This document shows positions 25,501-40,000 of a stretch of DNA of 64,000 nucleotides, in pieces; position 1 is the stretch's first letter, and every line of letters begins with the position of its first letter. The stretch lies in NCBI GenBank assembly GCA_018398765.1, contig JAHBMJ010000399.1, positions 1 to 64,000 of the forward strand. The letters run 5' to 3'. The DNA comes from Chromera velia. Lineage: Eukaryota. A program made the translations under genes and the position numbers. The notes below the pieces were generated by a model. That model was not told where the DNA came from. It worked only from the letters and a program-made list of their open reading frames with translations, and did not search any database.

Positions 25501-26950
25501 TCCCTCCGCTTCCTCTCACCCAAATAACCCAAGTCGCCAATTTGAGGGTTTCTCCTCATCCTCCAGGTCCAGATTCACCACCGGCCTGCCGTCTCCTCCA
25601 TCCCCTTCCCAGACCCCCCCCGGGCCCTCTGCCTGCGCCCCCCCGCGTACATTTTTCGCCTCTTGCTCTCCTGACTCGATTGAGAAGGAGAAGAGCGGGG
25701 GGGTGGGGAGATCCGCTTATCAGCAGACAGACGCCCGAGGAGGGGGGGGGGCTGAGAGAGAGAGGGGCGGTGTCGGGTGCCCGTCCGGGGCCGTGGCAGG
25801 TGCCAGGTCGGATGGCGGCACACCTGTGGGGGGTGTCTCTGGTTGTTGGCAGCAGGGCCCGGCTACAAACTCGGGGAACACGAATGGGGGCGTTTCAACT
25901 AGAAGCGCCTCGTCGTCCGGTTCGTCTTCTTCTTGTTCTTCTTCCTGCTGTCTGTCCTCCGTCTCTACCCAGGGAGGCTTTGTCAACGCCCCAATGGAGG
26001 GGGGATTGTTTGGAGGGGGCAGAGAGGTCGGGGGGGTGCCGAGTCCAGGAAGAGGGCCCGAGGCGGGTTTGGACGGGAAGGCAGAGGGAGGGGGGAGGGT
26101 GAATATCCAATCCTCCTCCCTCTCTCTGTCCATGTCCCTCCCGCCCCCCAGATGTGAACCTGAGTGGCACTCGGATGCTCTGGAAAGCCTTCCTCCTCTC
26201 CCTCCGGCAGCAGCCTCCATTTCAACAGCTGGGATGGGGATGAGCAATCACCCGCAGAGAGTGCGAACAGCAGGGGAGAGGGAAGGAGGGAGGAGGACTT
26301 TGCAAAAAGAAACAGTGGAGGAACGGGAGAGGGGAAAGGGGCAGGGGGTAGTTGAGGGGCCCGGTGGAATATTTTTTATGCGAGGACGGAGTATGTCCGT
26401 GTCGTTTCCTCCGCCTTCTCCTCCTGGGCCTGTAGGCGAAGGGGGGGGACTAGACTTTAGAGGAGGGAGGGGGCTGAGGGAGGAGACGGGAAACGATTTT
26501 GTCTCCGTCTCTTCGTCCCTTCATCACCATCAGGGCCGTCAGGCAGGAGGGGGGAGAGACAGAGAGAGAGACAGAGAGGGGCATGTGCATAGAACAGGGA
26601 GAAGAGCAAAGAAAGAGAGAGAACCGAAGGCAGATCAGGGGAGAGAGAGAGATCGAGGCTCTGAGGGGGAATCTAAATGTATGCCCACCCTCTCCCCCCC
26701 TCCTCCTCCCCCCCCGTCTCTTCCCACCCGCTCTTCCTCCACTGGAGTCGTTCCTTCTTTCTGTCCTTCGGCTTCTGCTTCGGTTGAAGGAGAGAAAGAA
26801 AAGAGGAAGACAGAGCGAGAGAAGGAGAAGGAACCAGAGAAGGATGGGTTTTCGCTTATGGACGGGAAACTCTTCGGGGTCTTCCAAGCTTGGAGAGAGG
26901 GCGGAGAGGAGAGAGGGGACGAGGGGAGAGGAGTTTTCAGTCTTTTCTGA
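22556..26950 (+). CDS. Hypothetical low-complexity (Pro/Ser/Gly-rich) protein. Predicted exons: 22556-22654, 23156-23603, 24009-24355, 24656-26950
   Basis: Phase-consistent GT-AG junctions, and the last exon is open for about 765 codons. Cys/His cluster in exons 2-3. No recognised domain. Confidence 0.6.
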
Positions 26951-27913
26951 TGGTTCTATCTGACCAGGTGTTTGTTGTGCTGTTGATGCATGCCCGTGCT
27001 GATGCGGAAAAGGCATAGACAAACAAACACGCAGTGTGAAAGCTTTACAAGCACGAGGTGGAGTTGGAGCTGAAAAGCAGAGAGAGGGGAAAGACATCCG
27101 AGTAGAGTCAGTCAAATCGAAATGAACAATTAAAGGAAGGGAGTTGGGGTACCGAGTGGGGAGGGAGGGGAGGGGAGGGGGAGAGCGGCATGCTCATGAT
27201 CTATTGGGTAATTCGACTTTTCTTTTTCTTCCCTCAATTGCGTCTGAATTAAGTCCGTTTCATTTCTTTCTTTGGTTCTTTCAAGACCTCACAAAATCTT
27301 GATCAGTTTTTCTTTCTGTGGCCCTTCAGCTCCCCTTCTCTTTCTTTCTTTCTGTCATTTTTTCCCTTGTTTTCCTTCCTTCTATCTACGTGTCTTTCGT
27401 TTTTACCTTTCGCCCATTCAGGCAGGAGTCGTGCATCCTCCTCCTCCTCCTCCTCCTGTCTTTTTCTTTTCTCTTCTCTTTTCTGTTCCGCATGTCTTCC
27501 TTTCTTTTCTTTAATCGGAGGCATTCTCGATCTGTCGACAGCCCGTCTGCCCGTCGCATTCGATTGGCTAGTTGGGAGAACCGAATCAGGAAGAGGGGAG
27601 GAATCAATCGTGGGCTGTGCTTTTATTAATATAAATCTTCTTGCGTCTTCTCTTTTGCCGGCTTATGCCATTTACATAGACAATCTGTTGTCAGGGAGAT
27701 AACAGTGCAAGATGCGACGATGTGGTGTGTGTCGATTTGAGTGGGGTACTCCGCCCTTCTCTTCTCCTCTTTAATTTTTATTCGCTTCCTTCCGGCCGTT
27801 CAAATTGGATCTCCGACAAGTTTCTTTGTACGCAAGAGCATCTTTCTTTTGGCCAGCTTCTTTCTTCCTTTTTCTGTTCGTCTAGTTTTCCACCGGTGTT
27901 TACCCCTCCCCCC

Positions 27914-27952
<39 letters not shown>

Positions 27953-30900
27953 TGTGTGTGTGTGTGTGTGTGAGTGTATGAGTATGAGTGTATGAGTATG
28001 AGTGGGTGAGTGAGTGTGAGTGTAAAATTGTACGTTCATTCGTTCCTGTCGCCTGTATCCTCGCCAGTCTCCTCCACTCGTCCCTGCCCTCATTCGTCCA
28101 TTCCCTCCACTCCCCTTCGGATGTTTCCCCTGCTTCATCCATCTGGCACAATTAAGAAAAATTAAAGCAACGCCTAGGCACAATGAGAGATAGAAAAGGA
28201 GCGAGCGAAAGAGAGAGAGAAAGAGGGAGAAAGAGAGAGAGAGAGAGACGTAATATGGAAAGGGACTGAAGCAAGCGGCCCCTCCCTCTAACAAATGAAT
28301 GAATCAATCAATCAATGTGGAAGAACAATTAAAAGAAACTCGATTTGCCTACCTTCTCGGTTGGACCTGCAACCCTGCATGCCGTCACAGCACCTTTCTT
28401 TCTCTCTTTGAATTGAACTCGTCCCTCCCTTCCTCCCTTCCTTCCTTCTTTTACTCGTCTTCTTCTCCTCCCTTTTTCAGGAGACGGGCCTTTCGAAGCA
28501 TCGATCGATCACTCGATTGGCTCGCGGAAAAGGGGGATTGGGGAATTTGAATCGAACCATACATATGATTGTCGCGATCTTCTTTCCGGCAGAGGGGAAG
28601 AGAAATTGTGTTTTTGATCCTTTCTGCAGAGGGTCAGAAGATGCCGATGAAATTCGTCTCTCTGTCTTCCCTCCTCTCCATGTATCTGCATCTCTCTCTC
28701 TCTCTCTCTGTGTCTGTGTGTCTGTGTGTGTGTGTGTGTTTCTCTCTTTGTATGCGTGCATTCGCATGTGTGCTCTCCTGTCTCTCTCTCTGTCTCTGTG
28801 CCTTCATTGATGTCCGCGCGCGTGTTTTCCCTCTCCCTGTTTGTCTGCGAACAAAATGGTGTCTCTTTCTCTCCGGGTGTGTGTGCGTGTGTCGGGACAG
28901 ACAAAAAGAAACCAAAAAAGAGGAGGAGAAAAACCAGCGAAGCACTGCAGAGGGACGGGTCTCATCTCTCTCGATCGTGTCTCTCTCATTCATTCATGCA
29001 CCAGACCTTGCTGCCTGCCTGCCTGCCCTGGCGCTGTCTGCTGGCATGTTCTCTTAGTGGACAGGGGGGGGGTGAGACGTATCTTTTAACCATCACATGC
29101 AAATATGTGTTCTTCAATTCGATCGAACTTTTCGAAGAGGCGGAGAAAGTCCGCAAGGAGGGCTTTTCTTACAGGCTCCACTGAGCGATGGGCCGGTCTG
29201 CTGAAGAGCCTGCGTCCTAGCTCTCTCGCCTCACCTGTCTGTCTGTCTGTCTGTCTACCTGGCTTGAAGCAAAACCGACCAGAACAGGAAGGGATTTGTT
29301 TGTTTGTTTGATTCTTTTTCGATCGATCGATCGATCGATCAGGGATCAACGGAGAACGTCTCGACTGAAAAAGGGAAGGGATGTCGGACGCAGACGGGCA
29401 GGGCAGAAAAATCGCTACATACAAAAGTGTAAATTGGCCTGACTGCCTTGCAGCTGTTGATTGTCTCTCAATTGATTCACTGCGAGAGATGAGCAAAAGG
29501 GAGGAATACAGTAGTAGAACAGAAAAGGACAGAATCAATCAAATGTGCAAGAGATCAGTTGCCTTTCCTTCAGCACCTTGTTTCCTCTTTCTTTCTCACA
29601 CACGCAGAGGCGCTCCCAAATGTTTCGATCCTTCTTCCTTGCTTGCTTTCTCTCCCTCTCTTTTTTTTCTTTCTCTCTTCTTGTTAGTGACCAGGTTTGA
29701 TTTGATAGGATTTGAGGTTTAAGGCCAGATCTGACCAGATTTCAGGTTAAATTACAGGGATCGAGAACTTCATAATTTCCCTAGTGATGAAACGGCGTAA
29801 GTGCTTGCATGCAGGCACTAAAAACCCCCTAGCTATGATCCCTTATCAATTATCTGATTTTTTTATATGCAATTTGACGGATAAAAATGTATAATTAATC
29901 TGAATATAGCTAAGCTCCGACAGCTACAGTCATTCATTCATTCATTCTCATATAATTTCTAGCCTCTCATAGCTTATGTGCCCCACGGCGAATCAAAGTT
30001 CTGCTCGTATTTTTTTAGCACAAAATCAAGGCAGGCAAGAAGGCATGCATGTACTCTTTCCCTTACGTACTTGTTGAACCAATAGAAGGAATGTCAGAAA
30101 GAAACAGAGCCGTAAGTGCACTGGAGTCGAAACGTAAGCCAGAAATGTTTCCACGGAAGCCATAATTTCTATTTATTGCTTACCTCGGCCCTTCTCTTGT
30201 AGTCCATCATCATTTATATGCACAGTCCTTTGTGTTAAAGGAGGTTACCTCCAGTTCCTTCGTACATATTGCGAAGAGGAAAGAAATGTCCTAAAAACAA
30301 CAAAAACAAGTGCTATGAGATTGCTCAACGTAATATCGATCAAGTCCATGGAACACTGGAACGCTGTAACTTTGGCAAAAGGTTGTGAGCTCACGAATGC
30401 TCATGGGCAATGCATAGATGACTTGATAGAAATGGGGTATGTAATGCACGGGTATGTAGCTATGTATTAATAGCGAGTTTGAACTTTCAGTACTGTTGAT
30501 TTCTTCGACAATTAATATATTTTTTTCCTTTTTTTGTGCTTTAGATAAAAGGAGCCAGTTAAGGATAATGATGCACTTGAGGACAATTAATGAAATGTCT
30601 GACAGATGACACCAAATAAAACTTTTTGCAATTTTTATAAAACTTTTTTTTTTTCAATGTTTTACTGTATGGTCGTTTTTGTTAGATGTAAATGCTAGGC
30701 CTGCCTAGGACTCGATCGGCGCATCATTGCATGAGGACTCATTAATTATTGAAAAAAAAAAAAAAGCGAGCTGGCGATTCGCGCCGAGCTAGTAAATGCC
30801 GGGGCCCTGGGAATTAAGTAATGGGAAGTATGGGCCGGAGACGGGATCGAATGCGTGCACGCAAGAGAAAGCTTCATTCGATCACTATCCATATCTATCC

Positions 30901-31289
30901 ATGTTTTTCTCTCCACACACACAAAAAAATATTTTCTCATTGCTTCTTGATCTCGAGTAACATGGTCTCGATCGAATATCAGACTTTCATGAGGAGTGCA
31001 GTAGATATCAGTGGACACTGGGCCACACTGTGTAGCACTGCCAAGCTCTACCACATGTTCTTTGAATAAGCTCATTGAACCCGAGCGGTCACTTCCTGAA
31101 TTTCCATGATTTTTGTGTAATAGCTAATAAAAGAACCCTCAAGAAGGCCAAAGCGATCTCTTTTCTTCTTTCGGTCCGGCATCGTTTCAGCGGATAGCTG
31201 ATAACAAAAATGTCGGGGCCGCTTCATGGCTGGTGGCAGGGAGGTAACTTCCGCTATCGGCACCGAATCAATCACATCAATCAACAGAA

Positions 31290-32096
31290 ATGGAGGCTAG
31301 AGGTGGATGTCAGAATGTCTGCAATTCGTCTTGGTCCTGCCAACCTCGTGGTGGACGTCGTTACGGGAGCCCGAAGGAAATCTCTGGCGACTTCAGACAC
31401 GGCACCTTTTGTCTTGAAAAAACAGGAGAACCAGGCGCGTCTGATGTAACGAGTGTGGCTTCTTCTGGCCCTGCATTCTCTTCTTTCTTGTCCACTGCCT
31501 TTTCTTGCCTTGTCTGTTTTTTGCAAGGGGCGCGTGTGCTTCTTCGGACGTGTTTCTTTCTGTCCTCTTCTTGTTCGTCTGTTCCCGCTGAATTCCTTCC
31601 AGAGCGCTCGCCACACGCGCACTCGTTCCTTCTCAACTGACCCGGCGATCTTCGGTTCTCGTTTTTTCTTTTTTTTTCTGTCTCTCCCTTCCTTCTCTTT
31701 TCGTGCTCGAGGGGCTTGGCATTTTTTTTCTTTCGCTCACTGGCGTCCTCCTTCTTCTGACCCCCATGTTCGGTGACTGCAGCAGTTGTTTGGGTACAGC
31801 TCCACCAAGGTCAGTCAGCCAGGAGAGGAGAGTCAAGGCGGTCGGTCAACCAGACAGGCATTTCCCCCCCATTCCGTGTTCTCTTCTGGCGCTATCCCTT
31901 CTCAATGCTACCGTGCCGCCGGAAGGTTCGAGTCGCGTTGCGTGCTTCCTCCTCTTTGTTGCTCTGTTCTTTTGCTCTCTGCCCCCCCCTCTGAGGCATC
32001 GCGTGGGGTTCGTTCATTTTTTTTTTCTTCTCAGACTCCACACCTCTTCCCTTTCTGCAACAGTCCTGCTCGCTAGTGTTTCTGGACGTTCGTGCG

Positions 32097-32155
<59 letters not shown>

Positions 32156-35100
32156 ATGTGTGTGCAGATACCCACCGTGAACCTGAGTGGACAGACGGAA
32201 TTCACCCTCGATACAGGTGACAGCTGCTTCTGGTACAGCATCTCGAAGAAGGTGGACAGCCAGGTGGTGGAAGTGCTGAGCCTCGCCGATCCAAGGGCCG
32301 CCTCTGTGCGGCATGGAGAGACGCACAGCGACATTTCGAAATCGGGTCTCCCTGTGGCATGTGTACAGATACCGGTAGGTCTCTCAGTGCATGATCGAGC
32401 TGAGGGAAGGGACTGCATGTGTGTGTGGGGGGGAGGGGGAAGGGTGAGAGAGAGACTTGGTTGCGGGGACTTTCAGCAGGGAGAGAAAGAACTGAGAAAG
32501 CAGAGGGAGAACCAGGGCGACAGGCCCTCACCTTCTCTCATTTTTTCTTTTTGATCAAAAGGCGGGGCGGGGCGCCCAGTGTGGGTAGAGACAGGGTGAG
32601 GCCTGGGGAAGAAAGAGGGGCCCGCCGCTGGAATGGCTGTACTTTGTAGATCATGTGGCGCCATGCACTCACTCATTTGTTTGTTCCCTCCCTCTCTTCT
32701 CTTTTTCTTAAGAACCATGCCATGTCCTTCGACCGTCGAACGAACGAGATAAGGCGATCGACCCTTTCTGAAAGTCTCCATCTTCCTTCCTTCCGTATGA
32801 CGGCATCTCCAGTCCGTCCTGCCTTCCTGCCTGCCTGCCTGCCTGCCTGTCTTACTGCCTGACTTAGTAGAGGGGCGCCGTGGTTTGGTGGAGGAGTGTG
32901 GAGGGACAGCGAAGTCGGATTGGGGGGGGGAACGAACTCGATGGTTGCACATATTTCCTTCATGCACTTTAATTAATTCTTGTTGTAACTGGTTTCTGAG
33001 CTCTTTTCTTTTCTTCCCTTTCAACGCACTCGGCTGCATAGCGGCTTTCTTCTTCTTCTTCTTCTTCTGCTTCTCAATTCCATTATCCCCCCATGCATTC
33101 CATTTGCATTGCATCTCCGGCCGCTGCATCGATCGCTGACTTTGCAGAGCCTCCGAGACCGACAGAATCTCCACACGGTGCACGCAAGGAAGAACTTCCA
33201 GACGACTCTGGTGCCTTCGTATCCTCTGACGGACCCCGAAGAAGCTCCTTCCTCTTCCTCCTCGTCCTCGGCCTCACACACCGATCATGCCGTCATCGTT
33301 GGGGGCATGGTCAAGATCAAGATCGACAGCAGTGCCCCTCATGCAGTGGGAGACAGGGAAGCCTCCTCGTCGTCGGGCTGCCTTCAGATGTCCGTGCCTC
33401 CTTCTCATCAGACAGAGAGCAGTGCACCTCTTCCTCCTGACACTCATGACCAGAAACCGGGTGGGTGTATGGTCTCTTTTCTCCGCTTCTTTTCACGACC
33501 TTTTCCGTTTTCTCTCCTGTCTTGCACTTTCTTTCTGTTTTCCAATCCCAATGAACGGAAACGAGAAAGCGATCGATGGAAAGAGAGAGAGAGAGAGAGA
33601 CTTTTCTGTCCGTCTTTGGAGATTGAAAAGCGGATTCTGTTCATCCCATCTGTTCGTTGCATGGCTCTCTCTCTTGAGCTCCTGCATTCCTAGCTCGCTC
33701 GCTCTTCGGTCTTTCCTTCCTTGTTTGACGCTCCTTCCACGTCGGTGCTTGCTTGCACATGCTTCGCATCCTTTGTGAATTTTTTCTTTCTGCCCTGCTT
33801 TACCCGACTCCTCATCGCGTGTGGCGAGCATGGCATCCCCCTCTCCCTTCCCTTCTCTTCCGCTGCCTGGTGAGGGCGATGTGTGTGCAGGCTCATGCGT
33901 TTCCTCGGGGGCAGGAGAGGGCCTGCACACCGAAGAGAGAGGGGAGGGGGGCACAGAGGAAGAGGAGGAGAAGGAGAAAGGACGGGAGGCTTAGGGGGCT
34001 GTTCACGACACCGACCTGATTTCGTTTCAACAGCTGGGGGTGGTGGTGGCAGAAGATGTGAAGGGAGAAGAAGAGGAAGGATCGGGAGAAGAAGATGTTG
34101 GAGGCGGGGAGGGTGAAGAGGAACCGTTGCCCTCTGAAGATGTTGCAATGGGGACGGGGGGGAAGACGGAATCGCAGGGACAGCAGCAGGAGGAAAGGAA
34201 GAGGGGAGGATGGAAGAAGCGCTTCTCATTCCTCTTCCAGGCGCGATGCGGTGAGTGCATGAGTGGGTGGGTCTACTTCGTTCACAATTGATGTGTCTGC
34301 ATCTATTCTCGCTTTGTCTGTTCGCCTCTCTGTCTCCCATCGCATCTTTCTTTCTCGGCCTTCTCTCGCTCGTTCCTTCGCACCGGGTTTCACGGGATAG
34401 ATACAGTCTTTCTTGACCATTCGTTCATTCATTCACTCACTCAGGCCGGTATAGCCTCTTTTGCCTGTCACCCTCTGATTGCGTCTTTCTAGATCTGCCG
34501 CAGAATCAATCTGCCTTCTTGGTACTGGCATTGAACCACTGCAGAAAGAAAGAAAGAAAGAAAGAAAGAAAAGAATTGAATGACTGAAGGTTCTCCTTCA
34601 CTGCGTGCTGAGAGAGACCCCTAAGGGCATTTTCCTTCGGCTTTATTCGACGGTTGGTTCTTCGTGTCCTTCCTCCCTCCCTCCCTATTGTCTCTGTCTC
34701 TCTCTCATTCTGTGCGTGCAGTCGCTGTCCGGACAAAACCCGAAGAAGGGACAAACCCCGAAAAACGGACAAAACCCAAAAAAGGGACAAAACCCGAAGA
34801 AGACATGCGGGAACTCTTCGCAGACATGGGCAAGCATCTCCGCCAAGGCAAGGACCTCGCGGGAGAAATCCACCCGGAGGGGCGCGACGGCCTGTTGAGA
34901 GACCTGGGTGTCCTGATGGAGGTGTGGCTGGAGGCCAAGGGAGAGAGAACTCGGGGAGGAGAGGGGGAGGGGATATGGTTCCGTGTCGAGAGTCAGGACC
35001 CCTGTGGAGACCGCTGCCTCCCCCAATACTACGAGGGCGTTTGGGAGCATGTGGACCCGTTGGAGTTGCAGTCGCCTGGCCAGGTGCCCTTCTCCGTGCA

Positions 35101-35996
35101 GAGCGATCTGCTGGTCGTGCCGCTCGCCGTCGAGGTGCACGGCACCGAGGACAAGGAGGTGGCGAGGAAGGAGGCGGAGAGGGTCTTGGAGAAGCTGGAG
35201 TGTGTGAGGGTGGTTAGGCGTCCGAGAGAGAAAAATCCTGCGCAGTGCATGCAGGTACGTTTGGATCACGTGTTCCCTTCGAAGAAGAGAGACGATTGGG
35301 GGTACATGCAGTGGAGGGCCAACGCGGAAAACCTTTTCGGTTTCCTCAACAAGTTGGACGTCTTCGAGGTGCGACGCTGCGGTCAGTGAGAGAGAGGAAG
35401 TGAGTGCATGGGCTTTGCCGTGAGAGTCTTCATGCCATTCGGCTGATGCATAAGCTGAAGTGAAATGCCTCCCCCTCTGCGTGAGGGAGGGTCGGAGGGA
35501 AACGTGGTGTGTGAGTGAGTACGGTGTCGTTTCTGATCGTTTGTTTCCATCCAGTATGACTGTCAGTCTGTCTGTCTGTAGAGAAAGAGAAATAAAAGAA
35601 CGACGTGTCTGTCTGAAAAGAAGGAAAAAGAGAGAACAAAGACGGGAAAACACAATGATACGTTCTGCTTGGCGTTCTGTCATCGTGTCTCTCTTTTCTG
35701 TGCGTTTCGACCGTGCATGCGTGCGTCAACGAACTCCGGCCAGAAGAGAGACTGCAGAAAGAACACAAGGTTTAACCACGTCTGCAGGGCTGGCTGCCTT
35801 GATTCTTTTTGATAAGCTGTTCGAATCGTCTGTCTGTAGTCAACCTTCCCCCGTCCTTCCTTCTCTTCGCCTCGATCTAGCTCGGCCTCCTTGTTCACTT
35901 TCACTTCTTCTCTCTGCTCTCCTCTGCTCTGATGTGATGTGTCTTCTCTTCTGCCCCTGATGGATGTGGTTTCTCTCTCTCTCCCTCTCCCTCTCC

Positions 35997-36028
<32 letters not shown>

Positions 36029-37047
36029 ATATGTGTGTGCAGTCGCTCCTGCTCCTGTCTACGTGCACCTCCTCCTCGGTCAGTCGGCTTCTGCTCACTT
36101 GGCTACATCCATCCCTTTCCCCCCCTTCACCCTGTCAGAAAAAGGGCAGACAGAAGGCGTCGGGGGGTACAGGCAAGCCATGCAGCTAGCGTTTTCTGTT
36201 CCTTCGAACCTTTTACTCATTCATTCTCGGATTCTCTTCGAATCCCAGCTCTTCCTGTGCCTCCCTCCCATTTGCAAGGCATCTCTCCGTTTTGTGATGT
36301 CGTCATCATCGGGAGGAAGCATGGGGGGCCTTCTCCGTCAATGATGCGGACAGACGCTCCTTCTTTCCAGCCTTCCTTCCTCGTCCGTCGGCTTCCTTCC
36401 TTGGTGCAGCAACAGAGAGAGAGAGAGTGACATTCATGATCATGTGAGGGATACATGCACGTCTGTACCGCTGCAGAGCTCCCTCTCTCATCCGCTTAAT
36501 TGGGTATGCATGCATGCGCAGACTTTTTTTATCACTCTCTCTCTCATGTGTCCCTGAGCTCTCTGCCATGACTTGTCCCCCCCTTTGCGTTCCTTCCTGC
36601 AATGCAGGCGGGGAGGCGGCAGACAAGTGGAGGGAGAGGGTGACGGAGCAGAGCAAGTCCTTCGACGCGAACGTCCAGAGACAACAGCTTTGCCGCTACC
36701 TCCGCGACACCGTGTCGGGCATCTTCGACTCCCCCAAGGCAGAAAAGGTGGCCACCAGTTCAGGCCGCTTTGCCTTTGTTGAGAGACTGGCGCCCTCCTG
36801 TGTGTGTGAGCTGTCAGAGGTGGAGATGGAGCAGTTGAGGGCGGCAGTGGAGGAGAACGACAGCGCACAGATAGTGCCAAAGACGAGGGGGGTGCAGAAC
36901 GAGACTGCTGGGGGCGGGACGGCGGGAAGAGAGGGCACACAGACAGCAGGGAGAAGGCAGAAGAGGAAGAGAGGGGGCGGTGGACACAACGAAACTGGGA
37001 CTTAAGGTCCGTCAGAACGATTTTTCGATCATCTCCTTGCAAGATCT

Positions 37048-37081
<34 letters not shown>

Positions 37082-40000
37082 GCACACAGTCTCTTTGTCT
37101 GTTTGTCTCTATTCCGTTTATGTGTACATCGCTTTTTCCCTTGTCTAGCTGCCTTCGACAAGAACGGGTGGGGAGAGGCAGTCGAACCCTTCTGACCCCC
37201 GTTGATCACAGCTTCGATTTCTCTCTTTGTATTCCTTCCTTTAATCTGTCATTATTGTAGGTCCGTGTGAGGATTTGTCTGTCTTTTTGCTTGCGGCCGA
37301 ACCACAGTCTGTTCTCTGCTTACTTGTTGCTCATCTGTTCAAATTCTCTCTCGGCCCGGGCCCTTCTCTGTCTCTTCATCTAGCTGCCCCGTCTCCCTTT
37401 TCTTTCGTCCCTTCCGTTCCCTTCAGGTGAAGATAGAGGTGCTCTGTCCGTCTCTGGTGTTGGACAACAAGCAGCAGGAGGTGAGGGCACTCGGGGGGGC
37501 GGGCCGGGCTCTGGTCGCCCAGGCGAGTGTTGCCAGGGACCTTCTGTCCTCAGGGATGCCCTCGCACCCCTTCGTGAAGTTCCCCCAACAGTTCCAGCAT
37601 GCGGCAGGAGGGACCGTCACGGCGGGATCCTCGGGGGACTCGTTGCATGGGGTCCCTCAGGGGGAAGAGAGAACGCGACTGGTGAGGGAGCGGGCAGGCA
37701 ACGCGCGTGCGTTTGCAGAGTGCGTGCTTGTGCATCAGAACACGGACGTGGTTGTGTTCACGAAGGTGGAGGAGGAGGAAGACGAAGGCCCCGTGCTGCA
37801 GGCGAGGAAGACCGTCAATCTGCTCCTCGCAACAGGTCGGGTGGAGTTGGTGTGGTCATGCAGGAGAGAACTGCATGGAAGGGAGGGAGGGAGAATTAAG
37901 GAGTGCTAGTAGGCTTTCTTTCACTCCCTGCATTTGTTGTTGTGAGGTCGACCAGAGCATGAAGAGAGGCAGTGAGGGAGGGAGGCTGGAGGCAGAAAGA
38001 ACGGATAAAGTAGAGCGGTAGTGAGGCGACTGTATTCTAATCAGATAGCAAGGGAAACGGCTGGCTGACAGACAGGGCCGACACGTGTCAGTCAGTGTAG
38101 AAGGAGGGAGCAATTAACTGTGTGAGCACATGGAGCTTCCGCGAAGCCCGTAGAGACACTCATTTTCTTTCAGGACTGTTCGGTTCGGTGGAGAGAGAGA
38201 GAGAGAGAGAAATTCAGCCTCATGTATTTTTGTCAGCACTCTCTCTCTCTCTCTATTGTTGGGCCAAGCGTCCACGTAGATGATGCAGCAATCGGTTGAG
38301 TCCTCTCAGTCTCCCTCTCTCTCTCTTAGTGAGTGTGCATGCACTTCAGTTCCGACTTCTCTGTTTCTTTCCCTCTGCTCGCTCTTGGAGCCCACCACAT
38401 GCGCGCCTCAGTCTGTATGGCTTTCTTTCTGTCCTCTGTTTACTTGCAGATGGAGACGTACGTGAAGACCCTAACAACAAGTTGAGTGATGCCCTGTTGG
38501 GTTTGTGTCTCGAGGGAGCGCAGACGGGTGTTGCATCCAGGGCGAGCAAGTGGGGGCCGTTGTGCAAGTATTCGGTCATGGAGGTCGGGCAATTTGAAAG
38601 AGGAGGTATTCGGTCATGGCTGAGGCCGGTAAGCGGCAAAAAGGAGGTAGTGCGTTTCCCTGCCGGTATGGAGTGGACGGCCGATTGCAAAACAAAAGAC
38701 GATTTCTTCCCTGATTGGGTTCGAGTGATGCTCTACACGGCTGTCAGGAGGAGACGGGCTCTGCAGGCAGAGGGAGGGGGTGAAGTGGGAGGGGCCCTAG
38801 GAGAAGGGGGGGACGTTCAGATGTTTGATCCCTCGCCGATGACCTCTCAGCCTCAGCCTCAGACAGAAGACGGCAGGCAGAGGGGGGGAGGGGCTGCCAG
38901 CTCCGAGTCTGGCCCCCGCTCCCCCCCCACCGTGTCGAACGCGCTCGGTTGCCCCCACCTTGCGCTCCGGTGCCAATTCGAAGTGTGTCTGTCAGGATTT
39001 TCCTCAAAGCCAGAGGAGGGGAGGGAGACAGAGGAGAGTCGGTTCGTGGATGAGGTCTTCGATGCGGTCGTTGAAGGCGTCTGCCGCAAATTTTGCCCTG
39101 GTGGGGAGAGTGAGTCTGCCCGTCCTCCGTTCTCGTTTCTCTCCGACAAGGAGGGAATAGAAGAAGAATTGACGCATTTTGACAAAGAGAGACAGAACAA
39201 AAAAGAGGAAAGAATCCAGAAGGAAGAAGAGGACAGAATCAAGGCAGGGGCCTCCAAGGACGGAATAGAAAAAGAATCGAAAGATTTTGACGAAAAGAGA
39301 CAGAACAAAAAAGAGGACAGAATTCAGAAGGAAAAAGAGGACAGAATCAAGGCAGGGGCCTCCAAGGACGGAATAGAAAAAGAATCGAAAGATTTTGACG
39401 AAAAGAGACAGAACAAAAAAGAGGACAGAATCCAGAAGGAAAAAGAGGAAAGAATCAAGGCAGGGGCCTCCAAGGACACGGAGGACAGAAGGAAGAAGGA
39501 GGTCTCCCTGTTCGATAGAGCAGAGGATGCTCCTCTCTCGTGTGTGCGGGTGCTCGAAGGGAGAGGATGTGTCGGGGGTGTCTCTGCGTCTGTGTCAGCG
39601 TCGTTCTCGTCGTTTTCAGTTGATCATGCGTCCTCTCTCTCAGCAGAGTCTGCAGCCGCTCCTTCTGGGGGTTCACTGACAGCACCAGAGGCAGAGATGA
39701 CCCCTTCAGACATCCTGAGGGGGATCCGAGGCGTCTTCGCCTTTCCCTGGAAGACGACTGACTACTACCTCAAAGCTCGAAGGGGGGTCGAGCGCGAGCT
39801 GATCGAGCGTGAGAAAAGGAAGAGAGCAAAGAAGGAAACGGACAGGGGAGATAGAGGGGGAAGAGGAGACGGCAGACCGCCCAACGACGACGACGACGAT
39901 CTGATGGGAGGCGGGGGTGGAGGCCCTCCAGCAGGGGGAGGGAGGGGGAGAGATGGTGGCCTGAGTGGGAATGGGAGCGGCAAGGGGACGGGTGGACAGG

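Noticed and set aside
27000..29720. Possible additional gene with intron-like repeats
   Set aside because: No convincing phase-consistent coding exons could be assembled. It may be UTR or non-coding.
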